This document shows positions 25,391 to 33,552 of a stretch of 64,000 nt of DNA, in pieces. Within the stretch, counting starts at the first letter, position 1. The number at the start of each line of letters is the position of its first letter. The position numbers were made by a program, and so were the translations under genes. The notes below the pieces were generated by a model. It worked only from the letters and a program-made list of their open reading frames with translations. It searched no databases and was not told the origin of the DNA. Source of the stretch: a virus (taxonomy: Duplodnaviria; Heunggongvirae; Uroviricota; Caudoviricetes); IMG/VR virus record IMGVR_UViG_3300037418_002559, positions 15,999 to 79,998 of that record. The stretch is one strand, 5' to 3'.

Positions 25391-25846
25391 ATGGCAAAGA
25401 GCAAGAAGCAGAAAACCGCAACTCCCCCTGTCGTAAGCCACGATCGCGCGCCTTGCTGGGAAGTGTTTTTCCGTGATCAGAAAAGTCCGTTGTTGCGTAG
25501 TCAACTGATTACGGCTTTGATGTCAGGCCACCAATTGGAAGTGGAACGCTTGCCCACGGCTACGCTGCTGGACGCTGTATTGCTTTCTATGAGTGCGCGC
25601 AGCTATTCCGAAGCTGAGATTGTCGATGATTACAATGCTTTACTTCGGCGGACTGACGCGGCCTGGAAAGATCCTATGTGGACAAGACGTACGTTTGACC
25701 AGACGCACATGAACGCTGCAGACTTCATCATTACGTGTGGCTCTTCTGAGTTTACTTGCGTGGAGGACGAGTATATTCCGGATCTCGTGCATTGGTTGTT
25801 GGAGCATGATCCGCCAGAGTATTTCAGCGAGGAACTCGCAGCGTGA
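25391..25846 (+). CDS. hypothetical protein
   Basis: GGAGG SD. Confidence 0.45.
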   Translation: MAKSKKQKTATPPVVSHDRAPCWEVFFRDQKSPLLRSQLITALMSGHQLEVERLPTATLLDAVLLSMSARSYSEAEIVDDYNALLRRTDAAWKDPMWTRRTFDQTHMNAADFIITCGSSEFTCVEDEYIPDLVHWLLEHDPPEYFSEELAA

Positions 25847-26472
25847 CAAAGCTAGACCTGTATCACATTGGAATTCAAGCGGCTATGGAATTTCTATCGC
25901 ATAATGATCTGCCTGACCCGATGTTCATGACCTACGAAGAAGCATTGCATACAGAAATGAAATCTCGCAGTGTGCTGCTTCTTCGTAGAGTTATGGATGG
26001 ACCAACGCTCGGTACAGGCACTGGGCTGTACAGCGAAGGCCATGTCTTTGTCAATATTCAACGCACTGCGTTTCCAGTACAAAACCCAGCCATGAGAAGT
26101 TGGAGTTGGCCCGGTTGGAAAACCGATCGTACTGCGGTGGGTGTGGTGGCACACGAGGTTGGGCACTACGTTTCTGAGCTTGTAAGTAAGCAGTATACTT
26201 CTGAAGAAAGGGCGGTAAAAAGAGCAGAATGGCTGGATGCTGTCAAAGGTAAGAAAGTGAGCGGGTACGAACCAGTGCCAGACGAGGCTGCGGCTGAGTC
26301 ATTACGGCTGTTCATACTGAACCCTGATCTACTTCGAAAAGCTATTCCAGCGCGCTATAATTTTATTTGTAAGCTTGGTCTGAAACCTCTGCCTCGGTTG
26401 CTGCGAAAAGGTTACGCAGCTGTGCTCAACAATGCGGCATATTTACAGGCCGCGCAACGTTTCATTGGTTAG
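25843..26472 (+). CDS. HExxH zinc metallopeptidase-like protein
   Basis: VVAHEVGHYV; GTG start after GAGGAA. Confidence 0.45.
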   Translation: MTKLDLYHIGIQAAMEFLSHNDLPDPMFMTYEEALHTEMKSRSVLLLRRVMDGPTLGTGTGLYSEGHVFVNIQRTAFPVQNPAMRSWSWPGWKTDRTAVGVVAHEVGHYVSELVSKQYTSEERAVKRAEWLDAVKGKKVSGYEPVPDEAAAESLRLFILNPDLLRKAIPARYNFICKLGLKPLPRLLRKGYAAVLNNAAYLQAAQRFIG

Positions 26473-26486
26473 GGAGTGAACGTTCT

Positions 26487-26747
26487 ATGTACGCTTCGGT
26501 TGACTTCGCTACTAAGAAAGACTTTCGCCGTGCAGTTCAACAAGGTCTAACGGTCGTCGTGTACTCACCTACGCTTGGTATGCCCGCCGTTACCGGTACA
26601 GCCACCGTCGTAGGCCCATGGCCTCTGACGCAGTCTCCAAAAGAAGAGCCGCTTATCGGCCCAAAAGAAAAGCGGCGTCCGCGTAGTGTACCAGCCTGGA
26701 TGGCTCATGTTGAGGTCAAAGACATGCGCGTCGTGGCGGTGCATTGA
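26487..26747 (+). CDS. hypothetical small protein
   Basis: GGAG SD. Confidence 0.4.
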   Translation: MYASVDFATKKDFRRAVQQGLTVVVYSPTLGMPAVTGTATVVGPWPLTQSPKEEPLIGPKEKRRPRSVPAWMAHVEVKDMRVVAVH

Positions 26748-27022
26748 TGAAAGGAAGTGGAACATTTCGCAGATTACTTGCTGCTGTCGGTGCTGTTGGC
26801 ATGCCACAAGGCATGCGGCTTCTGCCAGAACCGCTGCCAGCATTAGTTATCAATACAGAAGAACGCAGGACTAAGCCAAGAAAGCGGCGGCTCAGGCGAA
26901 GTCGGTCGACCATGCGTATGCGCAGGGGCTGGCCGATTTTGAAGTGGGGCGATTGCCCAGCACCCGTCAGTCGCAAGATGCTGAAACGTATTGCGTCAAG
27001 GCATCCACTACTGCATTCGTAG
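26744..27022 (+). CDS. hypothetical basic small protein
   Basis: ATGA overlap. Confidence 0.35.
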   Translation: MMKGSGTFRRLLAAVGAVGMPQGMRLLPEPLPALVINTEERRTKPRKRRLRRSRSTMRMRRGWPILKWGDCPAPVSRKMLKRIASRHPLLHS

Positions 27023-27175
27023 TACCAAAGATGGGCGGTTTGTGCGCCCATCGCCGCGCCTTCCCTGCTCTGCCGACCACGCACCGAGAGCTGGGTCTGG
27101 AAGATTACGGTCCCTTTCCCGTACTTGTGACTGGGAGGGCGCGGCGATGGTTGCACAAAGTTAGAAAGGGCTGCT

Positions 27176-27652
27176 ATGAGTAAGCCAGAAAAATTTACGT
27201 TGATAACTAATTTGCAGTTCGTGACCGTGCGCGGCGTGCGCACGTTCTGCCACGCGCTGCTTGTGACCGAGAATGACAAGGGTCTTTTCGGCCCAAGTTA
27301 CACCGTACGCGGATTCGGCACGGAGGGCGCATGGCCGGTCTTTGATATTCGCATAGCAAAGGAAGATTTGCCGTTCGCGCTTGCCGAAGCGCACAGTGCC
27401 GATAAGTTGTGGCTAAAAGAAGATGGAACCGCGCAGCCGTTAGTCAGCGGCGCTATTTTGTCATTCAAGTCCGGCCTGGATCTGCAGCTAGTGACTGCCA
27501 CGGACGAGAAGCCAATCGATGTTACACACTACACCGAAATCATCGAAGTCTGGCAGGCAGTTTGGCGCAAGACCGCCGAATACTGGCACATGCCTAACAT
27601 GCCGCGCCTCGTGTACGGTCCTCCATCACCCTCTGGGTGCACTTACCGCTGA
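27176..27652 (+). CDS. hypothetical protein
   Basis: ATGA overlap. Confidence 0.45.
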   Translation: MSKPEKFTLITNLQFVTVRGVRTFCHALLVTENDKGLFGPSYTVRGFGTEGAWPVFDIRIAKEDLPFALAEAHSADKLWLKEDGTAQPLVSGAILSFKSGLDLQLVTATDEKPIDVTHYTEIIEVWQAVWRKTAEYWHMPNMPRLVYGPPSPSGCTYR

Positions 27653-27666
27653 AAGGCTACGAAACA

Positions 27667-28527
27667 ATGAAACCACTGGTAATTTATCACTCCCCTTGCC
27701 TTGATGGCTTTACCGCAGCCTGGGCCATGTGGCTCAAGTACCCCGATGCCGAGTTCATCCCCGGCGTGTACGGGCAAGCACCACCTGATTGTACAGATCG
27801 CGACGTCTACTTGTTGGACTTCAGCTACAAACGCGACGTGCTCAAAGCCATAGCGCGCGTTGCGCGGAAGGTCATCGTACTGGACCACCATACTTCGGCT
27901 GAGAAAGAACTATCGAACTTGTGGGACGCAGACGGTACATTCGTAAACACCACGGCCATATTCGACATGCACAAATCCGGTGCGCGGTTGGCGTGGGAGT
28001 GGTTCCATCCGAGCACGGAGGTTCCGCTGCTCGTTCGTCTGGTGGAGGACCGCGACCTGTGGCGGTTCGCGGTGCCGAACAGCAAAGCGTTGAACGCGGT
28101 GTTCTTCAGCTATGACTACGCCTTTGATACGTGGAGCGAGCTTGCAGACGCCGTGGCGGATCATCGCTACTCTGCCTTAGTGCGCGCCGGTGAATCGATC
28201 GAGCGCAAGCACATAAAAGACGTGAAGGAGCTTGTCGGCAAGCTGCAGCACCTACGCGACTTCTTCACCGTCGCAGGAAGCGGCCTGCCTAGCACGGACA
28301 TACCATGTGCCAACCTGCCCTACACGCTGGCCAGCGACGCCGCCAATCTTATGGCGAAAGACGCGCCGTTCGCGGCGACGTACTTCCAAGACGGTGATGG
28401 TGTGTTCACCTTCAGCCTGCGCAGTGTAGAGGGTGGCGTGGATGTCAGCCTGATTGCCGCTCTCTACGGCGGCGGCGGCCACAAGCACGCCGCTGGATTC
28501 CGCGTGGCCAGTCTGGAGGAGCTGTGA
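27667..28527 (+). CDS. DHH-DHHA1 phosphoesterase (NrnA/RecJ-like)
   Basis: N-terminal IYHSPCLDGFTAA (DHH region); C-terminal DHHA1 GGGGHKHAAGF. Confidence 0.7.
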   Translation: MKPLVIYHSPCLDGFTAAWAMWLKYPDAEFIPGVYGQAPPDCTDRDVYLLDFSYKRDVLKAIARVARKVIVLDHHTSAEKELSNLWDADGTFVNTTAIFDMHKSGARLAWEWFHPSTEVPLLVRLVEDRDLWRFAVPNSKALNAVFFSYDYAFDTWSELADAVADHRYSALVRAGESIERKHIKDVKELVGKLQHLRDFFTVAGSGLPSTDIPCANLPYTLASDAANLMAKDAPFAATYFQDGDGVFTFSLRSVEGGVDVSLIAALYGGGGHKHAAGFRVASLEEL

Positions 28528-28606
28528 AGATATCCCTCATCTTGGCCTGGTTTGGCGGTTTATGCTTTGGTATCGCAATCGGACTGCAGCTCGCCAAGGT
28601 GCTGCC

Positions 28607-28795
28607 ATGAACAAAACCTTGTGGCGCTGGTATCCGGGGAAGGACGATTGGGAGTTCGTGACGCAAGCCACGCCCGACATGACCAGAAAGGTGCTGGCAC
28701 GGCACAAGCGGCATGACGTCAAGGGCGCGAGGTTCAAGTGGACAGACGGCGCTAAACCTAAGAAATTCAGAACGAGGGCAAAGAAAGGAGAATAG
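28607..28795 (+). CDS. hypothetical basic small protein
   Basis: ATGA overlap. Confidence 0.35.
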   Translation: MNKTLWRWYPGKDDWEFVTQATPDMTRKVLARHKRHDVKGARFKWTDGAKPKKFRTRAKKGE

Positions 28796-28797
28796 CA

Positions 28798-28977
28798 ATG
28801 CCAGAGCTACAGAACATACCAGCGCCAAAGAGTGCATTTCACACGCAAATTCAAAAGCTAGTGCAGGACCACAGAGAAAGTATTGACACGGCACGTAGCT
28901 ATCTGCGGGCGGATTACTCCGCCATAGAGCTGCGCATGCTTGTGCAGCAAAAGGAGAATGGCAATGCTAGAAGCTAA
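28798..28977 (+). CDS. hypothetical small protein (59 aa)
   Basis: AGGAGAA SD 6 nt before the ATG. Just below the track cutoff. Confidence 0.35.
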   Translation: MPELQNIPAPKSAFHTQIQKLVQDHRESIDTARSYLRADYSAIELRMLVQQKENGNARS

Positions 28978-29314
28978 CAGGCTGATCGTGGAATTGGCAA
29001 TGCGCGCATTGGAGGAAGAGACCACTGGACAGGAGGATTGGTGGTACTGCTCTTTTGCCAATGACGCAGGATTCGAAGGCGCCATTCTAGTACGCGCCAA
29101 GGGCGTTATCACTGCTAGACTGCGTGTCGACAAGCTAGGCTTCAGTCCGCGCGGTTCTATGCTGGCGGTGCCGGTAAACGGGCGCCAGCTGCCAGATGCG
29201 ACGTTTCTCGAGCGCCTGCTGTCTAAGCCAGAACTGGATGTAGCGTTCGCCAACCTTGGCGGCGTCGCCACCGTTCACATGCAAAGCAGTAAGGAGCCAC
29301 AGCATGTCAACTAA
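28964..29314 (+). CDS. hypothetical protein
   Basis: AAGGAG SD. Confidence 0.4.
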   Translation: MLEANRLIVELAMRALEEETTGQEDWWYCSFANDAGFEGAILVRAKGVITARLRVDKLGFSPRGSMLAVPVNGRQLPDATFLERLLSKPELDVAFANLGGVATVHMQSSKEPQHVN

Positions 29315-30284
29315 ATTGTGGAAACCAATGCTGGCGGCGAAGCCGAAGCCAGAGGAGCTCGACGAGGTATTGGCTGGATTGACGTACCCAGCGCTTTACT
29401 CGCCGAAGCTGGATGGAATTCGCGCCACGGTGCAGAACGGCAGACTGTACAGCCGAGCGCTGAAGCTAATTCCCAACAAGGAAATGCAGGCGCTGTGGGG
29501 GCGCGAAGAGTTGGACGGACTAGACGGCGAGATCATCGTGGGGCCGCCCACGGCGGAGAATTGCTTCAACCGTTCCACCAGCGTCGTGATGAGCCGCGAC
29601 AAGGTGTCCGATGACGCCATATTCCATGTTTTCGACATAATGCTGGATGGCGTGTCGTTCGACATGCGCCTGGCGCGCGCTGATGACTGCGTCATGAACG
29701 CGGATATTTCAGCCGTCAAGTTAGTGAAGCACGAGCTAATTAAGACGCACACGGCAGCGCTGAAGTATGAAGAGCGGATGACGAAGTTTGGCTATGAGGG
29801 TATCATGCGCCGCGACCCGAACGGCGCATACAAGCAAGGCCGTAGTACGTTGCGCGAGGGTGGGCTTATCGCTGTGAAACGTTTCGTGGATGCCGAGGCT
29901 GTCATCCTGGACACGTATGAGCAGGAGGAAAATACTAACGAGAAAACCACTAACGAGCTCGGTAAGTCAAAGCGCTCGTCGCACAAGGCCGGCAAGGTGG
30001 GCAAGGACACGTTGGGCGGGTTCACTGTACTTATACTGGAAGAGTATCTTTCGCAGGCAGGTATGTGGTCACTGAAGTCAATCACTGATAACGCTGTAAC
30101 GAAGAAGTTGGCGTTCAACATCGGCACTGGCGTAGGCTTGACGGACGCAGTGCGCACGGAGCTGTGGACGCGGCGAAAGACGTTGCCCGGCAAGATTGTC
30201 AAGTTCCGCTACCAAAAGATTGGAACCATGGAGAAGCCGCGTCTTCCGGTATTCTTAGGCTTCCGCGACGGGAGGGACTTGTGA
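29304..30284 (+). CDS. ATP-dependent DNA ligase
   Basis: Motif I KLDGIRA (KxDGxR) near the N-terminus; AAGGAG SD; about 326 aa, T7-ligase-like size. Confidence 0.8.
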   Translation: MSTKLWKPMLAAKPKPEELDEVLAGLTYPALYSPKLDGIRATVQNGRLYSRALKLIPNKEMQALWGREELDGLDGEIIVGPPTAENCFNRSTSVVMSRDKVSDDAIFHVFDIMLDGVSFDMRLARADDCVMNADISAVKLVKHELIKTHTAALKYEERMTKFGYEGIMRRDPNGAYKQGRSTLREGGLIAVKRFVDAEAVILDTYEQEENTNEKTTNELGKSKRSSHKAGKVGKDTLGGFTVLILEEYLSQAGMWSLKSITDNAVTKKLAFNIGTGVGLTDAVRTELWTRRKTLPGKIVKFRYQKIGTMEKPRLPVFLGFRDGRDL

Positions 30285-30454
30285 AGATACGCCGCGTGAC
30301 GCTGGAAGTGGAGGTGCCTTGGACGGTTCCGGCGGAGGACGTACTGCTTGTGCTCGGCCCGGTGCTAGACAAGCTAGCGGCAGTTCACCAAGCACAAATC
30401 ACTAAGGACGAGCTCAGCCGCAACACACGTATAGGTGCGGTGTTTAAGCTGTAA
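30281..30454 (+). CDS. hypothetical small protein
   Basis: GTG overlapping the ligase stop. Confidence 0.3.
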   Translation: MKIRRVTLEVEVPWTVPAEDVLLVLGPVLDKLAAVHQAQITKDELSRNTRIGAVFKL

Positions 30455-30464
30455 GAGTAGCTTA

Positions 30465-30521
30465 GGCTATAATTAATTACACCTTTAATTACACAATACA
30501 AACATCTGAAAGCGAACCTAC
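30465..30521 (+). promoter_or_regulatory. promoter-like GGCTATAATTAA element plus 2x TAATTACAC direct repeat
   Basis: TATAAT at 30468-30473. TAATTACAC at 30474-30482 and again at 30486-30494. CTGAAAG SD-like; ATG at 30522. Confidence 0.4.
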
Positions 30522-31025
30522 ATGCCTCCTACGACTCCGAACTTGGATATTACGCCGGAATTAGCAGCTGCCACCAAGGCACTTTCCCCAGCTGTGAAGC
30601 GCCTCTCAAAAGTGCTTGAGAAGTTAGCCTTAGATAAACTGCCCATTGGGGCAGTGGCTGATTCTCTGTATGACATGAAACAACTCAGTAAGATGTTAAA
30701 TGCGCTAACAGCGCCGTTTGAAGACTTGCTGCTCCCATCCGTAAAGACGACAGAAGAACACTTCATACAGAAGCTCGCTGTAGGCGAAGCAAGTGGCGTC
30801 CAAGGCCACAAGTCACGCGTACAGATAACTGACAGCGTCATACCAGTGGTGAAAGATTGGCCTAAGTTCTACGCCCACATCAAGAAGACCGGCAGCTTTG
30901 AGCTACTCAATCGCGCGCCTAACAAGACCGCCATTGTGGAGCGTTGGGATGCTAAGAAGGAAGTACCGGGCATCGACAAATTCCATGCGAAGAAAGTGAG
31001 CTGCACGAAGTTGGGAGGTAAGTGA
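30522..31025 (+). CDS. hypothetical protein
   Basis: 167-aa ORF after the promoter-like region. Confidence 0.5.
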   Translation: MPPTTPNLDITPELAAATKALSPAVKRLSKVLEKLALDKLPIGAVADSLYDMKQLSKMLNALTAPFEDLLLPSVKTTEEHFIQKLAVGEASGVQGHKSRVQITDSVIPVVKDWPKFYAHIKKTGSFELLNRAPNKTAIVERWDAKKEVPGIDKFHAKKVSCTKLGGK

Positions 31026-31279
31026 TGCGCTCCGCGCTCCTGTGTCTGTTCGTATTCTTGACTGGCTGCCGTTGTCTACCAAACCACGAACCTACCGAAA
31101 TAAAGTACGCGGCAGCCGACCATTACGGCTTTTCATTGGTTTGTACGCCGGATGGTCATGCTCAGTGGTTGTTCATCAACTACGGCGGCGGTACCATGGT
31201 GACGGTGCTAGGCGACCATGGCGAGCCTTTAGGTTGTGACCATGTCGAGCGGACCTACCACATACGCAGGTCCAACTAA
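31025..31279 (+). CDS. putative lipoprotein
   Basis: MRSALLCLFVFLTGC carries the lipobox LTGC. Confidence 0.45.
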   Translation: MRSALLCLFVFLTGCRCLPNHEPTEIKYAAADHYGFSLVCTPDGHAQWLFINYGGGTMVTVLGDHGEPLGCDHVERTYHIRRSN

Positions 31280-31280
31280 C

Positions 31281-31544
31281 ATGGACACGGGCGATGTCAT
31301 ACTACACAGACCTACTGGTGAACAATGGCTTGTTGCGTACGTTCAGGGTGACCGCTTAGTCTGTTGTGGTTGGCCAGAAACAGCTGCGCCAGTAAGTGAC
31401 TGCGAGCTTCTAGAGGCGGCTACACCGGAGCAGCGTCTTGAGCTACTACATCATATGGCTGCTATGTCTGGGTCGGACAGTCGTAAGAGTCACGCCTTGC
31501 AGCGGCTTGAGACCGCAGAAGACGTATTACCAAACTTGTATTGA
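31281..31544 (+). CDS. hypothetical protein
   Basis: ATG 1 nt after the upstream stop. Confidence 0.4.
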   Translation: MDTGDVILHRPTGEQWLVAYVQGDRLVCCGWPETAAPVSDCELLEAATPEQRLELLHHMAAMSGSDSRKSHALQRLETAEDVLPNLY

Positions 31545-31556
31545 AGGAGAAACTGG

Positions 31557-32459
31557 ATGGATCCTGTATTTTTGTTGGCGCTTGTGGTATTCGCACTGCT
31601 GTGTACGTGCCTACTGCTTGCTGGTTCTGTATTTTCTGTGAAGACGCAGACGGCGTACGTTGTCGAGCGCTTCGGTAAGTTCAACCGCGTCGCGCGCGCT
31701 GGCTTGAACTTCAAGCTGCCCTTTGTAGAGACGAAACATCTCATCAATTTGGCAACATTTCAACTGGATGGCAAGATTGAAACCAAAACGAAAGATAATG
31801 TATTCGTGACTCTGCCGGTTTCGTGCCAGTGGCACGTTGGCGAGAGCGACGCCGCCGTGCAAGCGTACTACTACAAGCTGACCGCCATAAAGCAGATCAG
31901 CTCGTATCTGTACAACATTCTGCTCGGGCACGTACCGGACATGGACCTGGACGATTTGTTCATAAGCCAACAGGCGGTTTCGGCCAAGGTTTCAGCCGAG
32001 CTAGAGGCGCAGATGACTTGCTTTGGTGTGGAGATTATCAAGGTGATGATAACTGACATCTGCCCCGATCAGGGCGTGGTCAAGGCCATGAATAGCATCA
32101 ACGAGCAGACTCGTCTGGCCGTGGCCAATAAGGCGCAGGGCGACGCCGAGTACGTACTTAAGGTGCGACAGGCAGAGGCTGATGCAGAAGTAAAGAGGCT
32201 TGCTGGAGTCGGTGTGGCTAAGGAGCGAGAGGCCATTGCTGAGGGCTGGGAAGAATCCATTAAGAAGATAAAGGCAGCAACTTCGCTGGACGACAGTGCC
32301 GCCACCTTCTTGCTGCTGTTTACCAACTGGACCGACATGCTGCGCGAAGTCGGCTCAACCAAGAATTCCACAATGATATTCATGCCACCGGGGCCGGAAG
32401 GTCTGCAGAACTTCCAGGCGACCATGACGAACGCTCTGCTTGCGGCGGGTGTAAAGTAA
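31557..32459 (+). CDS. SPFH/band-7 (stomatin/HflC-like) membrane protein
   Basis: N-terminal TM; YVVERFGKFNRVARAGLNFKLPFVE matches the SPFH core consensus. Confidence 0.75.
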   Translation: MDPVFLLALVVFALLCTCLLLAGSVFSVKTQTAYVVERFGKFNRVARAGLNFKLPFVETKHLINLATFQLDGKIETKTKDNVFVTLPVSCQWHVGESDAAVQAYYYKLTAIKQISSYLYNILLGHVPDMDLDDLFISQQAVSAKVSAELEAQMTCFGVEIIKVMITDICPDQGVVKAMNSINEQTRLAVANKAQGDAEYVLKVRQAEADAEVKRLAGVGVAKEREAIAEGWEESIKKIKAATSLDDSAATFLLLFTNWTDMLREVGSTKNSTMIFMPPGPEGLQNFQATMTNALLAAGVK

Positions 32460-32495
32460 GTTCACGGTAGTTCCAACAAAGGAGAAGTACGACAA

Positions 32496-33314
32496 ATGGC
32501 CGGAAAGAAAGTTGTAGCGACGACAACAAAGAAGACAGGCTCCACTGCACTTGTGAAGTGGGATGAAAAATTTTCGAAGTATGCCAAGGAGACGAAGGAC
32601 CAGGTAAAGAATATTGGCACTGGCGGTATCGGAGTTAAGTTTGGCCGTGGTAGTATTACGATCGGCGACGCGCCGGTTAAAGGCGGTAAGTTAGAGTGCG
32701 TTATCGTTGGTAGCTGCGCGCTCAATGCTTGGTACGCCACTGACTACGATCCGAATGATCGGCAACCACCAGATTGTTACGCCTTCGCTCTGATCTCGGA
32801 CGATCCGGAGATGGCGCCGCATCAGGCTGTTGTAAATAAGCAAGCAGAGCTTTGCGCAACCTGCGAGAAAAATCAGTTCGGCACAGCAAAGGTAGGACGC
32901 GGTAAAGCGTGCGGCAACAACATTCGCCTAGGGCTGTTCACGTCAAAGGATGTGGAGGACGCCAGCAACATTAACACAGCGGAGCTCGCGACTGCGAAGG
33001 TCAGTCCTACGAATCTCACGCACTACAAGAAGTATACAGACCTCCTGGAGGAAGAGTACAGCCGCCCACCTTGGGCCGTTGTAACTGAGATCAGTAGTTA
33101 CGACGATCCAAAGACACAGATACGGCTGGAGTTCAAGATGGTGTCTCTCATCGAAGACGACGACGTTCTGCTGGCGTTGGAGAAGCGCTTCCTGAAGGTA
33201 CAGGACACTCTTCAGAAGCCGTTCGCTGCACCTGCTGATCGCAGTGCAGCAAAGAAGCCAGCGGCTGGTGGCAATAAGAAATTCGCCGCCAAGAAGCAGT
33301 CTGCGCGGCGGTAA
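32496..33314 (+). CDS. Lys-rich protein, possible DNA-binding (SSB-like?)
   Basis: AAAGGAG SD. K-rich termini MAGKKVVATTTKK and KKFAAKKQSARR. Followed by a terminator. Confidence 0.55.
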   Translation: MAGKKVVATTTKKTGSTALVKWDEKFSKYAKETKDQVKNIGTGGIGVKFGRGSITIGDAPVKGGKLECVIVGSCALNAWYATDYDPNDRQPPDCYAFALISDDPEMAPHQAVVNKQAELCATCEKNQFGTAKVGRGKACGNNIRLGLFTSKDVEDASNINTAELATAKVSPTNLTHYKKYTDLLEEEYSRPPWAVVTEISSYDDPKTQIRLEFKMVSLIEDDDVLLALEKRFLKVQDTLQKPFAAPADRSAAKKPAAGGNKKFAAKKQSARR

Positions 33315-33331
33315 ACCAATTTCTCTGCAAA

Positions 33332-33363
33332 GGGCTGGTGCTGTCTAGCCAGCCCTACTTTTA
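33332..33363 (+). terminator. rho-independent terminator
   Basis: GGGCTGG-tgctgtctag-CCAGCCC followed by TACTTTTA, 18 nt after the stop at 33314. Confidence 0.6.
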
Positions 33364-33552
33364 GGAGCGTCATTGTGCTACGGTTCGTCTACATAATACC
33401 GAAATTATTCTTTTTGGCTTGCCTGCTTGTCGCTTCTATTATCTTCTTCCCTGTGTTCTTTCTTACAAGGCGGCGCTGATCTAGGTGGATCGCGCGCGCA
33501 TGGGGCAGTGTTTGAGAACTACACAGGGTTTTACAAAGCTATTGAGGTCAGC

